DNA of 64,000 bases from a virus. Taxonomy: Duplodnaviria > Caudoviricetes. Under the pieces are notes generated by a model. That model was not told the origin of the DNA. It did not search any database and was given only the letters and a program-made list of their open reading frames with translations. The stretch covers positions 96,001-160,000 of IMG/VR virus record IMGVR_UViG_3300026549_000895; one strand, written 5' to 3'. This document shows, piece after piece, positions 29,441 to 39,213 of this stretch; position 1 is the stretch's first letter, and each line of letters begins with the position of its first letter. The position numbers and the translations under genes are program-made.

Positions 29441-31654
29441 ATGAATAAAAATGAAGAATGGAAATTTGTGGATTGGATACCAGGTTTTCCAAAAGACATA
29501 TTAAAAATATCTTCAACTGGACGAGTTTTGAAGAAAACAAACGACACGCTTGTGGAAGTAATAGGTGACAGATTTAAGGTAAACGTAGATAAACAAAAAT
29601 ACTATTTTAGCGCATCAAAGCTTATGTTTTGGGCTTTTCGTTCAAATGAATTAAATGTTTCTTTTGAAGAATTCAGTGCTTCAACAATCATGATAGTAAA
29701 ACCGAAAGACTACTTTAAGCCATTGGATGTATTTACTAATGCAATCATTCGTAACCCAAAATCATTGGATTATATTAAAAAATATAAACCAATAGAAGAC
29801 AAATTTAAAGAATTCCCTCTAAATTATACGAAATATCATTATGATATAATTCATTTATCATCGGAGGAGGTCAATAGTATTGTTACAAACTATTGTCATG
29901 AAATTGGCCTTCCGGAAAGCAAAGAATTGTTAGATTTGTTCAAACTTGCATTTTGCGATCAAGCAGACAGTAAATCAAAAGTAAGCAAATCAAAGTTACC
30001 TCGCGGTAAGTATTCCCAATATGTTTCGTTATTGAAGACAATACCTAATATTTTGGAACTCCCTGAAGGATTTAAATATGTAAAAATTGACGGAATTCCC
30101 AAGAACAAATACATCATTTCAAAGGATGGTAGATTGTTCAATCGATGGGAAAATGACAAGCCTGTCATAATAAATGATAGATTAAACGATGTAACACTAA
30201 CCGCGTCACCATTAAACCAATATAGGGTATGTATATTCATGGCCCGTTTAATGGCGTTTTGTTTCCATGATGACTTCAATCCTGAATCAGATGTTGTAGA
30301 AATAATAGACACCAATCGAAAAGATTTGTTTGCGCTGGATAATATTGCGTATAGTACACGCACTGGGATATACATGAGAAAAAAATACAAAGGTGACTTT
30401 CAAACAATTTTATTTAATAATTTATCAATAGAAGATAAAAATGTTCCGTTTGACATCATAGAAAAGTTCAGCAAAATAATAGTTGGAGAAAAACAATATG
30501 ACTTCATCAAAAAATATTTGTCTTCAGATCTACAGCGAAGTGACTATGATAACTTTCTAAAAGAATACGGATACAAAACTGACAAAACTTTGACAACTAA
30601 AGCAAAACTCACGCTGAATAAAATATCAAGAGATATTAATACATTTATTGATGGATGGAAAAATGGTGAAATATGGAAAAAGTGTGATTTCATGGGAGAT
30701 GACACAATTCCGGGATATTGGATATCTTCACATGGCAGATTTATTAACGAAAATCATGTAATGCAAAATGAGAAAAGAAATGGACCGGATGTATTATTCG
30801 TTAATGCAATTTTGTCATCTGGTAAATCAAAACAATATCCATTGATTAAATTGATGGCATATAATTTTATACCAAATCCAAAAGGATATTCGCATGTCTC
30901 ATACAAAAATGGATACGATCTTTCTATTGATAATATCGAATGGTGCGAAGAAGGATCTAATAAATCAGATGTTAAAATATCTTTTCATGATTGGGTAGAA
31001 TCCGATAACGACGATATGTGGGTTCCATTAATACAACCCGGTATTGATGAGAATAGGTATGAAATAACCCGTTCTGGTAAAATCAGAGATCTTGTAGAAC
31101 ATAGAATCGTACCCATAACCGGAAGCCGTCGATTAAAATTTACCAATATCAATGAATTTATAAAAATATCTCTTATTGACGAATTCGACAAGATAAGAAT
31201 TTACAATATACACAGACTAATAGCACAATCATTTCTAATTAATGATTATAACGATAAATATGTCATCTTTCTCGATAACAATCATAGGAATATTAATTTG
31301 GATAATTTGTGTTATTCTAAATCACCAATGTTTGAAAAATGGGAAACTTTCAAAAGACATTTCAGATATCAGATTGATGGTCATGATATGATTGAAGATG
31401 TTCACACTACAAGCACAAATATCGAATGTTCCCGTTTCTGTGAACAATCTGATTGCCATATTATATGTAAGGAATTTGTCGAAAATGATTTCAACAAAGC
31501 ACTGACACGACGGAAACTTTATAAGTCTGGAATAAAGGTGAGTAGAGAAACGTTAAACGAGATATTTACTGGAAATTATTATAGAAATATTTCTCGTAAA
31601 TATTTTACGTATGATCCTTCCAAAAAAGGCAAAGCTCGTTGGGTAGCGGTATAA
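29441..31654 (+). CDS. Multi-repeat NUMOD4/HNH-derived protein (737 aa)
   Basis: Four units: EEWK..KISSTGRV, KYIISKDGRL, EIWK..YWISSHGRF and MWVP..YEITRSGKIR..IHRLIA..FLDNNHRNINLDNL. Confidence 0.75.
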   Translation: MNKNEEWKFVDWIPGFPKDILKISSTGRVLKKTNDTLVEVIGDRFKVNVDKQKYYFSASKLMFWAFRSNELNVSFEEFSASTIMIVKPKDYFKPLDVFTNAIIRNPKSLDYIKKYKPIEDKFKEFPLNYTKYHYDIIHLSSEEVNSIVTNYCHEIGLPESKELLDLFKLAFCDQADSKSKVSKSKLPRGKYSQYVSLLKTIPNILELPEGFKYVKIDGIPKNKYIISKDGRLFNRWENDKPVIINDRLNDVTLTASPLNQYRVCIFMARLMAFCFHDDFNPESDVVEIIDTNRKDLFALDNIAYSTRTGIYMRKKYKGDFQTILFNNLSIEDKNVPFDIIEKFSKIIVGEKQYDFIKKYLSSDLQRSDYDNFLKEYGYKTDKTLTTKAKLTLNKISRDINTFIDGWKNGEIWKKCDFMGDDTIPGYWISSHGRFINENHVMQNEKRNGPDVLFVNAILSSGKSKQYPLIKLMAYNFIPNPKGYSHVSYKNGYDLSIDNIEWCEEGSNKSDVKISFHDWVESDNDDMWVPLIQPGIDENRYEITRSGKIRDLVEHRIVPITGSRRLKFTNINEFIKISLIDEFDKIRIYNIHRLIAQSFLINDYNDKYVIFLDNNHRNINLDNLCYSKSPMFEKWETFKRHFRYQIDGHDMIEDVHTTSTNIECSRFCEQSDCHIICKEFVENDFNKALTRRKLYKSGIKVSRETLNEIFTGNYYRNISRKYFTYDPSKKGKARWVAV

Positions 31655-31657
31655 GAT

Positions 31658-31696
31658 AAAAATGAATAGCCGGGGAATCCCCGGCTATTCATTTTT
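31658..31696. terminator. Bidirectional terminator
   Basis: AAAAATGAATAGCCGGGG-AAT-CCCCGGCTATTCATTTTT. Confidence 0.9.
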
Positions 31697-31700
31697 TTCT

Positions 31701-33230
31701 TTATGACAACAATTCAGGTCTTGAATTGCAATGGAGAATTAATACATCTCCTGTATGAACATAATGTTCGCCTGTTGTATTCTCGATATCATCAGAAACT
31801 ATTTTGTCTGATACTATACCAGGTACATGGATTGTTCCAGTTGTTGTATCGACATAAACAGTATTCATTCGGTAACCTAAATTGTCAACGTCTGTAGTTG
31901 AAGACGATGTTTCCGCATATGACATCAGCAGAGGTCTGAGTTTAGCATCTGTTGTAGTTATAAGTCTCTGACGCATATGGATATCAGTATTTGCAATAGT
32001 AGTATCCAAGTCGCCTACGAGTTGATAGTTTGTTCCATCATACACGAAGAGATACACTCTCTGAGCGGTCAGAGTAGAAGCATTCGGAAGATTGGCGTTT
32101 CTATACTTGATAGGTGCTCCACCTGTACCATTTACATTCAATTGTAGAGAAGCAACAGCTCCAGTATTTGTAACAGTAAACTTTACCGCTATCCATGCAC
32201 CGGTTACTTTGGTAAATCCTGGACATGCAACAGCCTTTGTTGTTGTCGTAGCATCTGTAGAACATACACCATAGTGGATGATTCCAGCAGAACCATCAAA
32301 GGAAACACCATCGATAGTAGCCGGAGTTGTTAACTTTGTTGCAGATAGAACGTTCTTATCTGCATCAGCTGTATTATCAACATTACCCAATCCAACATCA
32401 GACTTCGTAACATTATGAGGATTTCCTGATGTAAGCTGTGAGTGGTCATATGCTATCTTACCTCTATCACCTCTATATGCAGTGGATGAAGTTTCACCCA
32501 ATGCAAGGGACTCTGAGATTTCAACATATGCCGTCCCACCCCAACGATATGTTTTATTAGTGGATAAGTCAGTATATATTTTTCCGGCTTCAGCAGGGAT
32601 CTCTGTTGTATGAGCAGAATCCTCATAGAACTTTCCGTTGTAAAGATATCCTTCTTTAACATCGTCAACAAACGAAGGAAGTTGTGAAGAAGGTACCTTA
32701 CCAGATGCATCAAGTGTTGCAACATTATGAACATTAATTGTTTGCCATGCTGAGCCAGATTCCTGAACTTGGAAAGCACCATCCGCAGTACCTTCTCTGA
32801 AAGCATATGTAGTATCAGTACCCGACAAACTCTCATAACGGGCATCGGCTGTATCATATCTGAACGTCGCATTCGATGCTTTGTCTATATAGATTCTATC
32901 ACCAACAGTTTCCATCTCGGTGGTGAAAGCTGAATCCGTATAGAATTTATTTGTTTCTGCATCATAATAACCTTCGACGGTATTCTTTGCAACATCTGGA
33001 ATTGCAGCAGGCTTAATGGTAAATTCATGTGTTGACGGATTGTAGTCAACCATGTTTTGATACCAGCTATATATTTTTGCAAGTTCTATTGCGAGATTTG
33101 TCTTACCCGATGGATCGAGATTTGTAAGTAAATCTACAGTAACGCCTTCGGTAGTTACTCGCTTGGTGACATCATTGAGAACCGTTAAGAACTCGAAAAA
33201 AGCTTGAATATCATCAAATGTTCTTGCCAT
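31701..33230 (-). CDS. Tail/head fibre protein
   Basis: VATLDASGKVPSSQLPSFVDDV, LALGETSSTAYRGDRGK and NPHNVTKSDVGLGNVDNT fibre motifs. Confidence 0.8.
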   Translation of the reverse strand: MARTFDDIQAFFEFLTVLNDVTKRVTTEGVTVDLLTNLDPSGKTNLAIELAKIYSWYQNMVDYNPSTHEFTIKPAAIPDVAKNTVEGYYDAETNKFYTDSAFTTEMETVGDRIYIDKASNATFRYDTADARYESLSGTDTTYAFREGTADGAFQVQESGSAWQTINVHNVATLDASGKVPSSQLPSFVDDVKEGYLYNGKFYEDSAHTTEIPAEAGKIYTDLSTNKTYRWGGTAYVEISESLALGETSSTAYRGDRGKIAYDHSQLTSGNPHNVTKSDVGLGNVDNTADADKNVLSATKLTTPATIDGVSFDGSAGIIHYGVCSTDATTTTKAVACPGFTKVTGAWIAVKFTVTNTGAVASLQLNVNGTGGAPIKYRNANLPNASTLTAQRVYLFVYDGTNYQLVGDLDTTIANTDIHMRQRLITTTDAKLRPLLMSYAETSSSTTDVDNLGYRMNTVYVDTTTGTIHVPGIVSDKIVSDDIENTTGEHYVHTGDVLILHCNSRPELLS

Positions 33231-33257
33231 TTATTCTCACTCCTCTTTTATTAAATT

Positions 33258-34322
33258 TTAATCCGGGTTCATATTACAATTCAATGTAATTTTTCCCAAG
33301 CTACTAAACAAATCAATGTCCGTGTCAGCATCTCTTTTTGATACCGTGAATACACCCGGAGCTGATTGTTTTTCTGAAACCTCAAGTACACCCTCATTGA
33401 CAATACTATTATCTTCATTATCAACGGACAAACCTTGTCCTATGTTAACATTGATTGTATCGTCCTCTTCTGATATTGTTATCGCAGTTCCGGCATGATA
33501 TTCATTACCAGACAAAACTCCTTCTTCGGTAATTTCTAAACCGTCGCCAACAATAATGCCGCCCAAAGTAGTATCAGTCGCAGGTGGTAAAACATATGAG
33601 CCGCCTTCGACATCAACCCATGTTCCATCCCCACGCAGGAATTTGTTAGTTTCGGAAGCAGATGGAGCGGGGACTAATCCATCCACTCCATCCTCTTCTT
33701 CAGTAGCTGGTACGAAGACATCATAATTCTTCAGTGATTCAAGTTTCTCATCCTTTTCGGTTGTGTATACAGCGGAAGTACTGTCAAGGATAGCCTTGTT
33801 TCTATGAGCATGCGATAAAGCTTCAAGCTGTTGTAATCGAGGAAGTATTTCAGACTTCTTACAGTACTCAGAAAGATCAATATCTATAATACTTCCTCCA
33901 GAGAATACCCATTTGGAACCATTCCAAACGTATAACAATGGATCATCATGTTGATTATTTGGATTCTTAACAAATCTGACATCACCAAGTTTATTACCGG
34001 TCTTTGGTAATTGATTACGTGATTCATATTCCTCTGTGGATTTAATTGACATGAATTCGAGATTCTCTACTATCAAATCAACTTCTTCTTTTGTATAGTA
34101 ATTGGATAAGTCCTCCATATCAGATATGTAGGGAAGTTGTGAATAGAATTTATTTCCTTCACCAACTTTTATTTTTGTTTTACCATTGGAAGTTAATTCT
34201 ATACAAAGAACTCCACGTGGAATTACATGATACTGATCACCGGATGAATTCCATTGATCCGATGTTCGTATAACGTGACTCTTATCAGATGATGATGGAA
34301 TCGGACTTTCTTTTTGTACCAT
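33258..34322 (-). CDS. Fibre protein with Mtd_N/hyaluronidase-type N-terminal anchor
   Basis: W...VIPRGVLCIE...KIKVGEG...LPY; YVLPPATDTTLGGIIVG; GLVPAP..KFLRGDGTW. Confidence 0.75.
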   Translation of the reverse strand: MVQKESPIPSSSDKSHVIRTSDQWNSSGDQYHVIPRGVLCIELTSNGKTKIKVGEGNKFYSQLPYISDMEDLSNYYTKEEVDLIVENLEFMSIKSTEEYESRNQLPKTGNKLGDVRFVKNPNNQHDDPLLYVWNGSKWVFSGGSIIDIDLSEYCKKSEILPRLQQLEALSHAHRNKAILDSTSAVYTTEKDEKLESLKNYDVFVPATEEEDGVDGLVPAPSASETNKFLRGDGTWVDVEGGSYVLPPATDTTLGGIIVGDGLEITEEGVLSGNEYHAGTAITISEEDDTINVNIGQGLSVDNEDNSIVNEGVLEVSEKQSAPGVFTVSKRDADTDIDLFSSLGKITLNCNMNPD

Positions 34323-34356
34323 TAAAAGTCACCTCCTTTTGAAAATATTCTTATCA

Positions 34357-35808
34357 TCAAGGAGTATCATTTGTTGGCTCTTCGTTATCATCAGGGGTTG
34401 TATTTACAACATCACCATCAGATGTTTCAGTTCCGTCAGCAGGTTCGATCGCATCAGATGTCGTTGAATTTTCATCTCTGAGACGAACCAAGTTACCAGC
34501 TTCAACATCAGCATTGAAATCTCCTGATGCTATGAAATCCTTTGTAGCCTGATACAAATCTCCATATGTCTGCCAAATCAGCTGTGAAGCATATATCTGC
34601 TTATCAGCTCTGTACCAAACAACCGCCGCTTTGATAGATTCAAGAGCAGTAACTCTTGTATCCAAATCGGAGAGTGAAGTTGTATGGGAAGTGAGTGTTT
34701 CATTCTGAGCAGCATCACTTTGTTCAAGAGCTGTAACTCTTGTATCCAAAGCAGCCAGAGCATCATCAACTTCCTGGAACTTAGCATCATATCTGGTAAT
34801 AGTATCGGTGAGAAGAGTCTGAGTATTTTTGAGTTCAGTAGTCAATTCAGCTACCTTTTCTTCAAGAGCAGTGATTCTTTCCTGAGCAGGATTATAAAGA
34901 GCCTGATATGTTTCATAGGTATTTGTTTCCCAAATCATATCAGACATATATGCTTCGAAAGTGAACTTGAATCTGGTTGCTATATTTGCCTCAAATTCAA
35001 AGATATTTCCTTCGGTGAATGGAACCTGAACAATGGGAAGTATTGTGACCTTGTCAATGATACTCTTTACAGCTTCATGATTAATCATTATAGATGAATA
35101 ATCATCCGAGAATGCATAGAACGGATTCATTCCAGCATCAAGATGTTCCTTAGTATCAAAGGAAATAATTGCCACATCAAAAGATGTAAGTTCCACGAAA
35201 TACGGACCAGCATATCCCATCGGAAGAATATCTCCAATTAATGTAGAATATGCAGATGTAAGATAATAGTCATTGATATTCGTTTCATGGAACTTAATAT
35301 TCTCAGTAGTTCCACTAAGTTCTCCGGATGTTACAATACCTCTATCTTGATCGAGAATATTGTAATGCAGAGTACATACGAGAGGACTTTGTATCATAGG
35401 AAGATATTCCTGAAGTTCATGATATGACTGTGCAATTGTATCGTTCAGATACTTCACAAGAGCTGTATCAGTATGAGTTGAAGTTGTCATATCGATTCTT
35501 GCCGAAAGATCTATACAACCTAAATCAGCTCTTTTTGTTATACGGGTATAAACATTGTCACCAACATTTATCTTAGCACCGAACAACATCTGAGTTGTAT
35601 CAATAAGATACGGAACTCCTGATACAAGTCTGAATCCATTACCTGTCAGAGGACCGGATGTTGGAATCTTATGTTTCATAGGTGATATCGGTCGAGGTCT
35701 AACAGGCTGACCAGGATGACAAGGTCTTGCTATAACAGGTTCCACCTTCTGGTTAATTATGACCTGATTGGTCGGCGGGAAATACGGATAATTATTTTTG
35801 GGCATCAT
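34357..35808 (-). CDS. Virion protein with coiled-coil stalk
   Basis: Heptads including two copies of LDTRVTALE; in the structural operon. Confidence 0.7.
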   Translation of the reverse strand: MMPKNNYPYFPPTNQVIINQKVEPVIARPCHPGQPVRPRPISPMKHKIPTSGPLTGNGFRLVSGVPYLIDTTQMLFGAKINVGDNVYTRITKRADLGCIDLSARIDMTTSTHTDTALVKYLNDTIAQSYHELQEYLPMIQSPLVCTLHYNILDQDRGIVTSGELSGTTENIKFHETNINDYYLTSAYSTLIGDILPMGYAGPYFVELTSFDVAIISFDTKEHLDAGMNPFYAFSDDYSSIMINHEAVKSIIDKVTILPIVQVPFTEGNIFEFEANIATRFKFTFEAYMSDMIWETNTYETYQALYNPAQERITALEEKVAELTTELKNTQTLLTDTITRYDAKFQEVDDALAALDTRVTALEQSDAAQNETLTSHTTSLSDLDTRVTALESIKAAVVWYRADKQIYASQLIWQTYGDLYQATKDFIASGDFNADVEAGNLVRLRDENSTTSDAIEPADGTETSDGDVVNTTPDDNEEPTNDTP

Positions 35809-35824
35809 AATTTTAAACCTTCTT

Positions 35825-37129
35825 TCATTTAATTTTCAAAGTTTCTTTGATGATATGAATAACAATCGGAGTCCACAAATATACTTCACGGGACGGAACA
35901 TTGTTGAATAATGTATCACCAATGTACAAAGACAAATCTTCCATCTTTGTAATTTGTCCCCAAATATAATCATGAATCAATGATATATAATCATACCGTC
36001 TTTGATGATATGTCTTTTCACATGTGTTACAACATGGACAAGAATTGCACTGTTCTAATGTACAAGTACGAGGATCGAACTTGTTTGCAAGAATCTTGTA
36101 AACATCTTCTGGGAAGAAAAGTTTACAGTCACTCATATGACATGTTGGCTGAGTTGGAATCATAATCTGCCAATCATCATATCCATACATTGCGAACGAT
36201 GAATCTCCATATGCGACAGCTGGAGCAAGATAGAATTTAAATGTTTCCAGATATCTAATAGGAGCATGACGTTCAATCCATTTATATGGAGACAATTCAT
36301 ATAGCTCATTCATTTCACGAATACGAATTTTATTTTCGTTCAATGTAACATTATGAGCTCGGTCATCTATAATCATTGTGGCATTGCGAGCCATGAACAT
36401 ATTTCCACACAAATCGAACCATGTCTCTCCACCAAAATGAAGCACATAACAATTGTGCATTTCATTATAATATCGAGCTTCATAATTCTCAATCATGTCA
36501 TATAGCATTGATATCAGCCTGCTACGTAATTCATGGTCTTCTTTTCCTATTACCGGAGTTAAGTCTTCTCCACCAATAGTCTGTAAATCCATGACACTAT
36601 GATTCGTAACCTGCTTATCAATCCAACAGATTTCCTCAGGGTTAGTTGAATACAAAGAATACTGGATTTTATAACTACCATCTGTATTCAATCCATCCTG
36701 TGTAACTTGATTGATTCTGAATATATGATTCATATGAACATAATTCACAATGAACATATCGTTTTCCTTTGGCATTACAGTACCTGGAATCGTAGTACAT
36801 TCTCCAGAAATAGAATAGTTTCTCACATTTGTTTCAGAGGCAGTTGTCTCTTCTGGTGTGAAAGGTGACATTCCAAGAAGTACCATATTCTCGATCTTAT
36901 TGTAACGGAAAGGAGAATCAGGACCGAGCACCTGATAATGAGTTCCCAATCCAAGCGAACCAGTTGTGTTCTCTTCATCTATGCTGAAATATGTTACAAG
37001 TGTACGGGCATCGCCTGTATATTTGTTAATTCTTGAATGAAGAAATTTATCATATTTATAGATTTGAGAATCAACCAATTCCTTTTCATCATATATTAAT
37101 CTTGACATCTTTTCACCACATTTCTCCAA
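35825..37129 (-). CDS. Jumbo-phage virion structural protein
   Basis: VTYFSID...LGPDSPFRYNKIEN...IPGTVMPKENDMF pattern, recalled from AR9-like phages; late motif AACG-N6-TAA at 37160-37172. Confidence 0.65.
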   Translation of the reverse strand: MEKCGEKMSRLIYDEKELVDSQIYKYDKFLHSRINKYTGDARTLVTYFSIDEENTTGSLGLGTHYQVLGPDSPFRYNKIENMVLLGMSPFTPEETTASETNVRNYSISGECTTIPGTVMPKENDMFIVNYVHMNHIFRINQVTQDGLNTDGSYKIQYSLYSTNPEEICWIDKQVTNHSVMDLQTIGGEDLTPVIGKEDHELRSRLISMLYDMIENYEARYYNEMHNCYVLHFGGETWFDLCGNMFMARNATMIIDDRAHNVTLNENKIRIREMNELYELSPYKWIERHAPIRYLETFKFYLAPAVAYGDSSFAMYGYDDWQIMIPTQPTCHMSDCKLFFPEDVYKILANKFDPRTCTLEQCNSCPCCNTCEKTYHQRRYDYISLIHDYIWGQITKMEDLSLYIGDTLFNNVPSREVYLWTPIVIHIIKETLKIK

Positions 37130-37357
37130 AAATTTGGTTTGTTATAAAACCATCAGAGGTTAACTGGACGTTTTGGCAATTTCCATCACCCCCATACAGG
37201 GGGTGACAAAATTACCATTGGTGAATAACGAAGGATGTATAACTGTTCGTCGATGTTAACTGGCAACCATCGACGATATATGAAACAGCGCGAATATTTC
37301 ATATAATTAAATGTAATTTTCATATATACATATTTATTATAGAAAGGAGCTGATGTT

Positions 37358-38566
37358 ATGGATGAAGAGTCCAAATATTCTTATTCCACCGAAGAACTTG
37401 ATGCAATATTAAGAAAGATGGAAAAAGGAATCACACCAATAATTCCAGATGATATGATGAAAGAAGTTCTACTTCGTAAACGTGAATTGGAATTATTGAG
37501 AACAGGCGATGATGAAGACTTGGAAGAATATCTGTCCGAGGTCGAGAAACATAAAAAACTCACCAGAGCCCTGAAGGAACGAGAACACAAGGCAACAAAA
37601 ACAGAAGCGTATGTATATACAATGACTCCTGAACAATTAAAAGAAATCGAAGAGGATATGACAACCACCTTTGTTAGAGAGAATCCAAATTCCCCATATA
37701 ACAAATCTTCCTTTGATTCTGAAATGTCCGAAGAGAAGCGTGAGATATTAATTAAATTATCAAAGCTTCGCAATTGTTATTATAATCAGAAGGATTATCA
37801 GGAGGCTATTGAAACTATTCGAAAAGCAATTGAGATATCTTTGAAGACTGATTATCCTTGGCTTTCTCCAGAAGAAGCAATACGTAAATTCAAGAATAAA
37901 GAAATCGTATATTCTTTCGGAGCTCTTCCCAAGATATATCTCAATTATATCACACCAGTAACAGATCCGGAAATGGCTAAGAAGATAGCATCTGGAGAAA
38001 TTACTCTTGTTGATAAGAATGAGAATCGTCCCAAGAAGAGAAGAAGGAAGAGTAAAGAAGGAGTCACTGTCGAAGTTCGTCCTATTGGTAAACAAGAAAT
38101 TGAAGATGAACGTAAGATGTTCAATGCAGGATATGATTCCAGTATTGCACCTATGCTCAAGGGAAGTGTTAATGCATATGGTAGATTCGATATGCCAAAT
38201 TCTGGATATTTCCATGATGATATTGAATCTCCTTATGAGCAAGAAAAAGAAGATATGCTTAGTGATTTTGATTGGCTCCAAGAGGATGCTGCTGAGAAGT
38301 ATTATAATCTGCTCAATAATATCGATGATAAGATGACAGTATATGATCTTCTCAAGGATATTCAGAAAACTCGGAATATTGATATCAATCCAGCAGTTGG
38401 CAATAATATGACTGATTTCTTGAATTCATATAATCTTGGTCCATCTGAATATGACAATGTTGCATATTCTTCACATGGTTACGCAAGATCTATAATCCAA
38501 CCAAATCAAAAGGCTTTGGAGATAGAGGAGCAATTGTTGGAAAATATACGTAATTCCAATCCATAA
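37358..38566 (+). CDS. Hypothetical protein
   Basis: 402 aa ORF with RBS; terminator at 38584-38605. Confidence 0.8.
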   Translation: MDEESKYSYSTEELDAILRKMEKGITPIIPDDMMKEVLLRKRELELLRTGDDEDLEEYLSEVEKHKKLTRALKEREHKATKTEAYVYTMTPEQLKEIEEDMTTTFVRENPNSPYNKSSFDSEMSEEKREILIKLSKLRNCYYNQKDYQEAIETIRKAIEISLKTDYPWLSPEEAIRKFKNKEIVYSFGALPKIYLNYITPVTDPEMAKKIASGEITLVDKNENRPKKRRRKSKEGVTVEVRPIGKQEIEDERKMFNAGYDSSIAPMLKGSVNAYGRFDMPNSGYFHDDIESPYEQEKEDMLSDFDWLQEDAAEKYYNLLNNIDDKMTVYDLLKDIQKTRNIDINPAVGNNMTDFLNSYNLGPSEYDNVAYSSHGYARSIIQPNQKALEIEEQLLENIRNSNP

Positions 38567-38634
38567 TTTCTATGCTATATGAGATACCCCGGGAAACCGG
38601 GGTATTCTTTTTTCCGGATTTTTTGAAATTTCAT

Positions 38635-38649
38635 ATGTATATTATTAAT
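38635..38649 (+). promoter_or_regulatory. Class A promoter ATGTATATTATTAAT
   Basis: Recurring motif directly after a terminator. Confidence 0.65.
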
Positions 38650-38829
38650 ATGAATAAGAGATAAGAATCCCTTAATCAGAATCAGATTCAAGCCTCATAA
38701 GGCAAATATAAAATAATAGAATCTTTAGATGTCTGAGTAATATATCTTATCATCTTACGATATTATGGGTTATCCGAAACCCAATACAATTCGGGAATGA
38801 TGTTTACCAAGCATCAGAAAGGTACATTT

Positions 38830-39165
38830 ATGACTAACGATTTCAGAACAATTATGGGTATTGAAGAAGAAAGCACACCCACAACAACAGAAACAAAAGA
38901 AGCTACAACCTTCCAGAAGGTTGTATACGTTGCAGCAGGCGTAGGCGTCATAGCCGGTGCAGCCCTCGTAACTATGAAGGCAGCAGACCACCTCACAGCT
39001 GAAGTTGTCGGCGGTGTAAAGGCTGCAAAGGCTTGGAAGGCTACAAGACCTACCAAGCTCGATAAGGAAGTCGCTGCACGCGATGCATTCGCCAAGAGCC
39101 TCAAGGACGCAGGCTGGGAAGATGATAAGATTCTCGAAGCTTGTGTAAACAAGTACGGTTTCTGA
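38830..39165 (+). CDS. Small single-pass membrane protein
   Basis: TM segment VVYVAAGVGVIAGAALVTM. Start reassigned to ATG 38830 after AGAAAGG. Terminator at 39175-39198. Confidence 0.75.
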   Translation: MTNDFRTIMGIEEESTPTTTETKEATTFQKVVYVAAGVGVIAGAALVTMKAADHLTAEVVGGVKAAKAWKATRPTKLDKEVAARDAFAKSLKDAGWEDDKILEACVNKYGF

Positions 39166-39213
39166 TCAAGAAAGGAAACCCCGCATATGCGGGGTTTCTT
39201 TTTTCTTCTTTTT

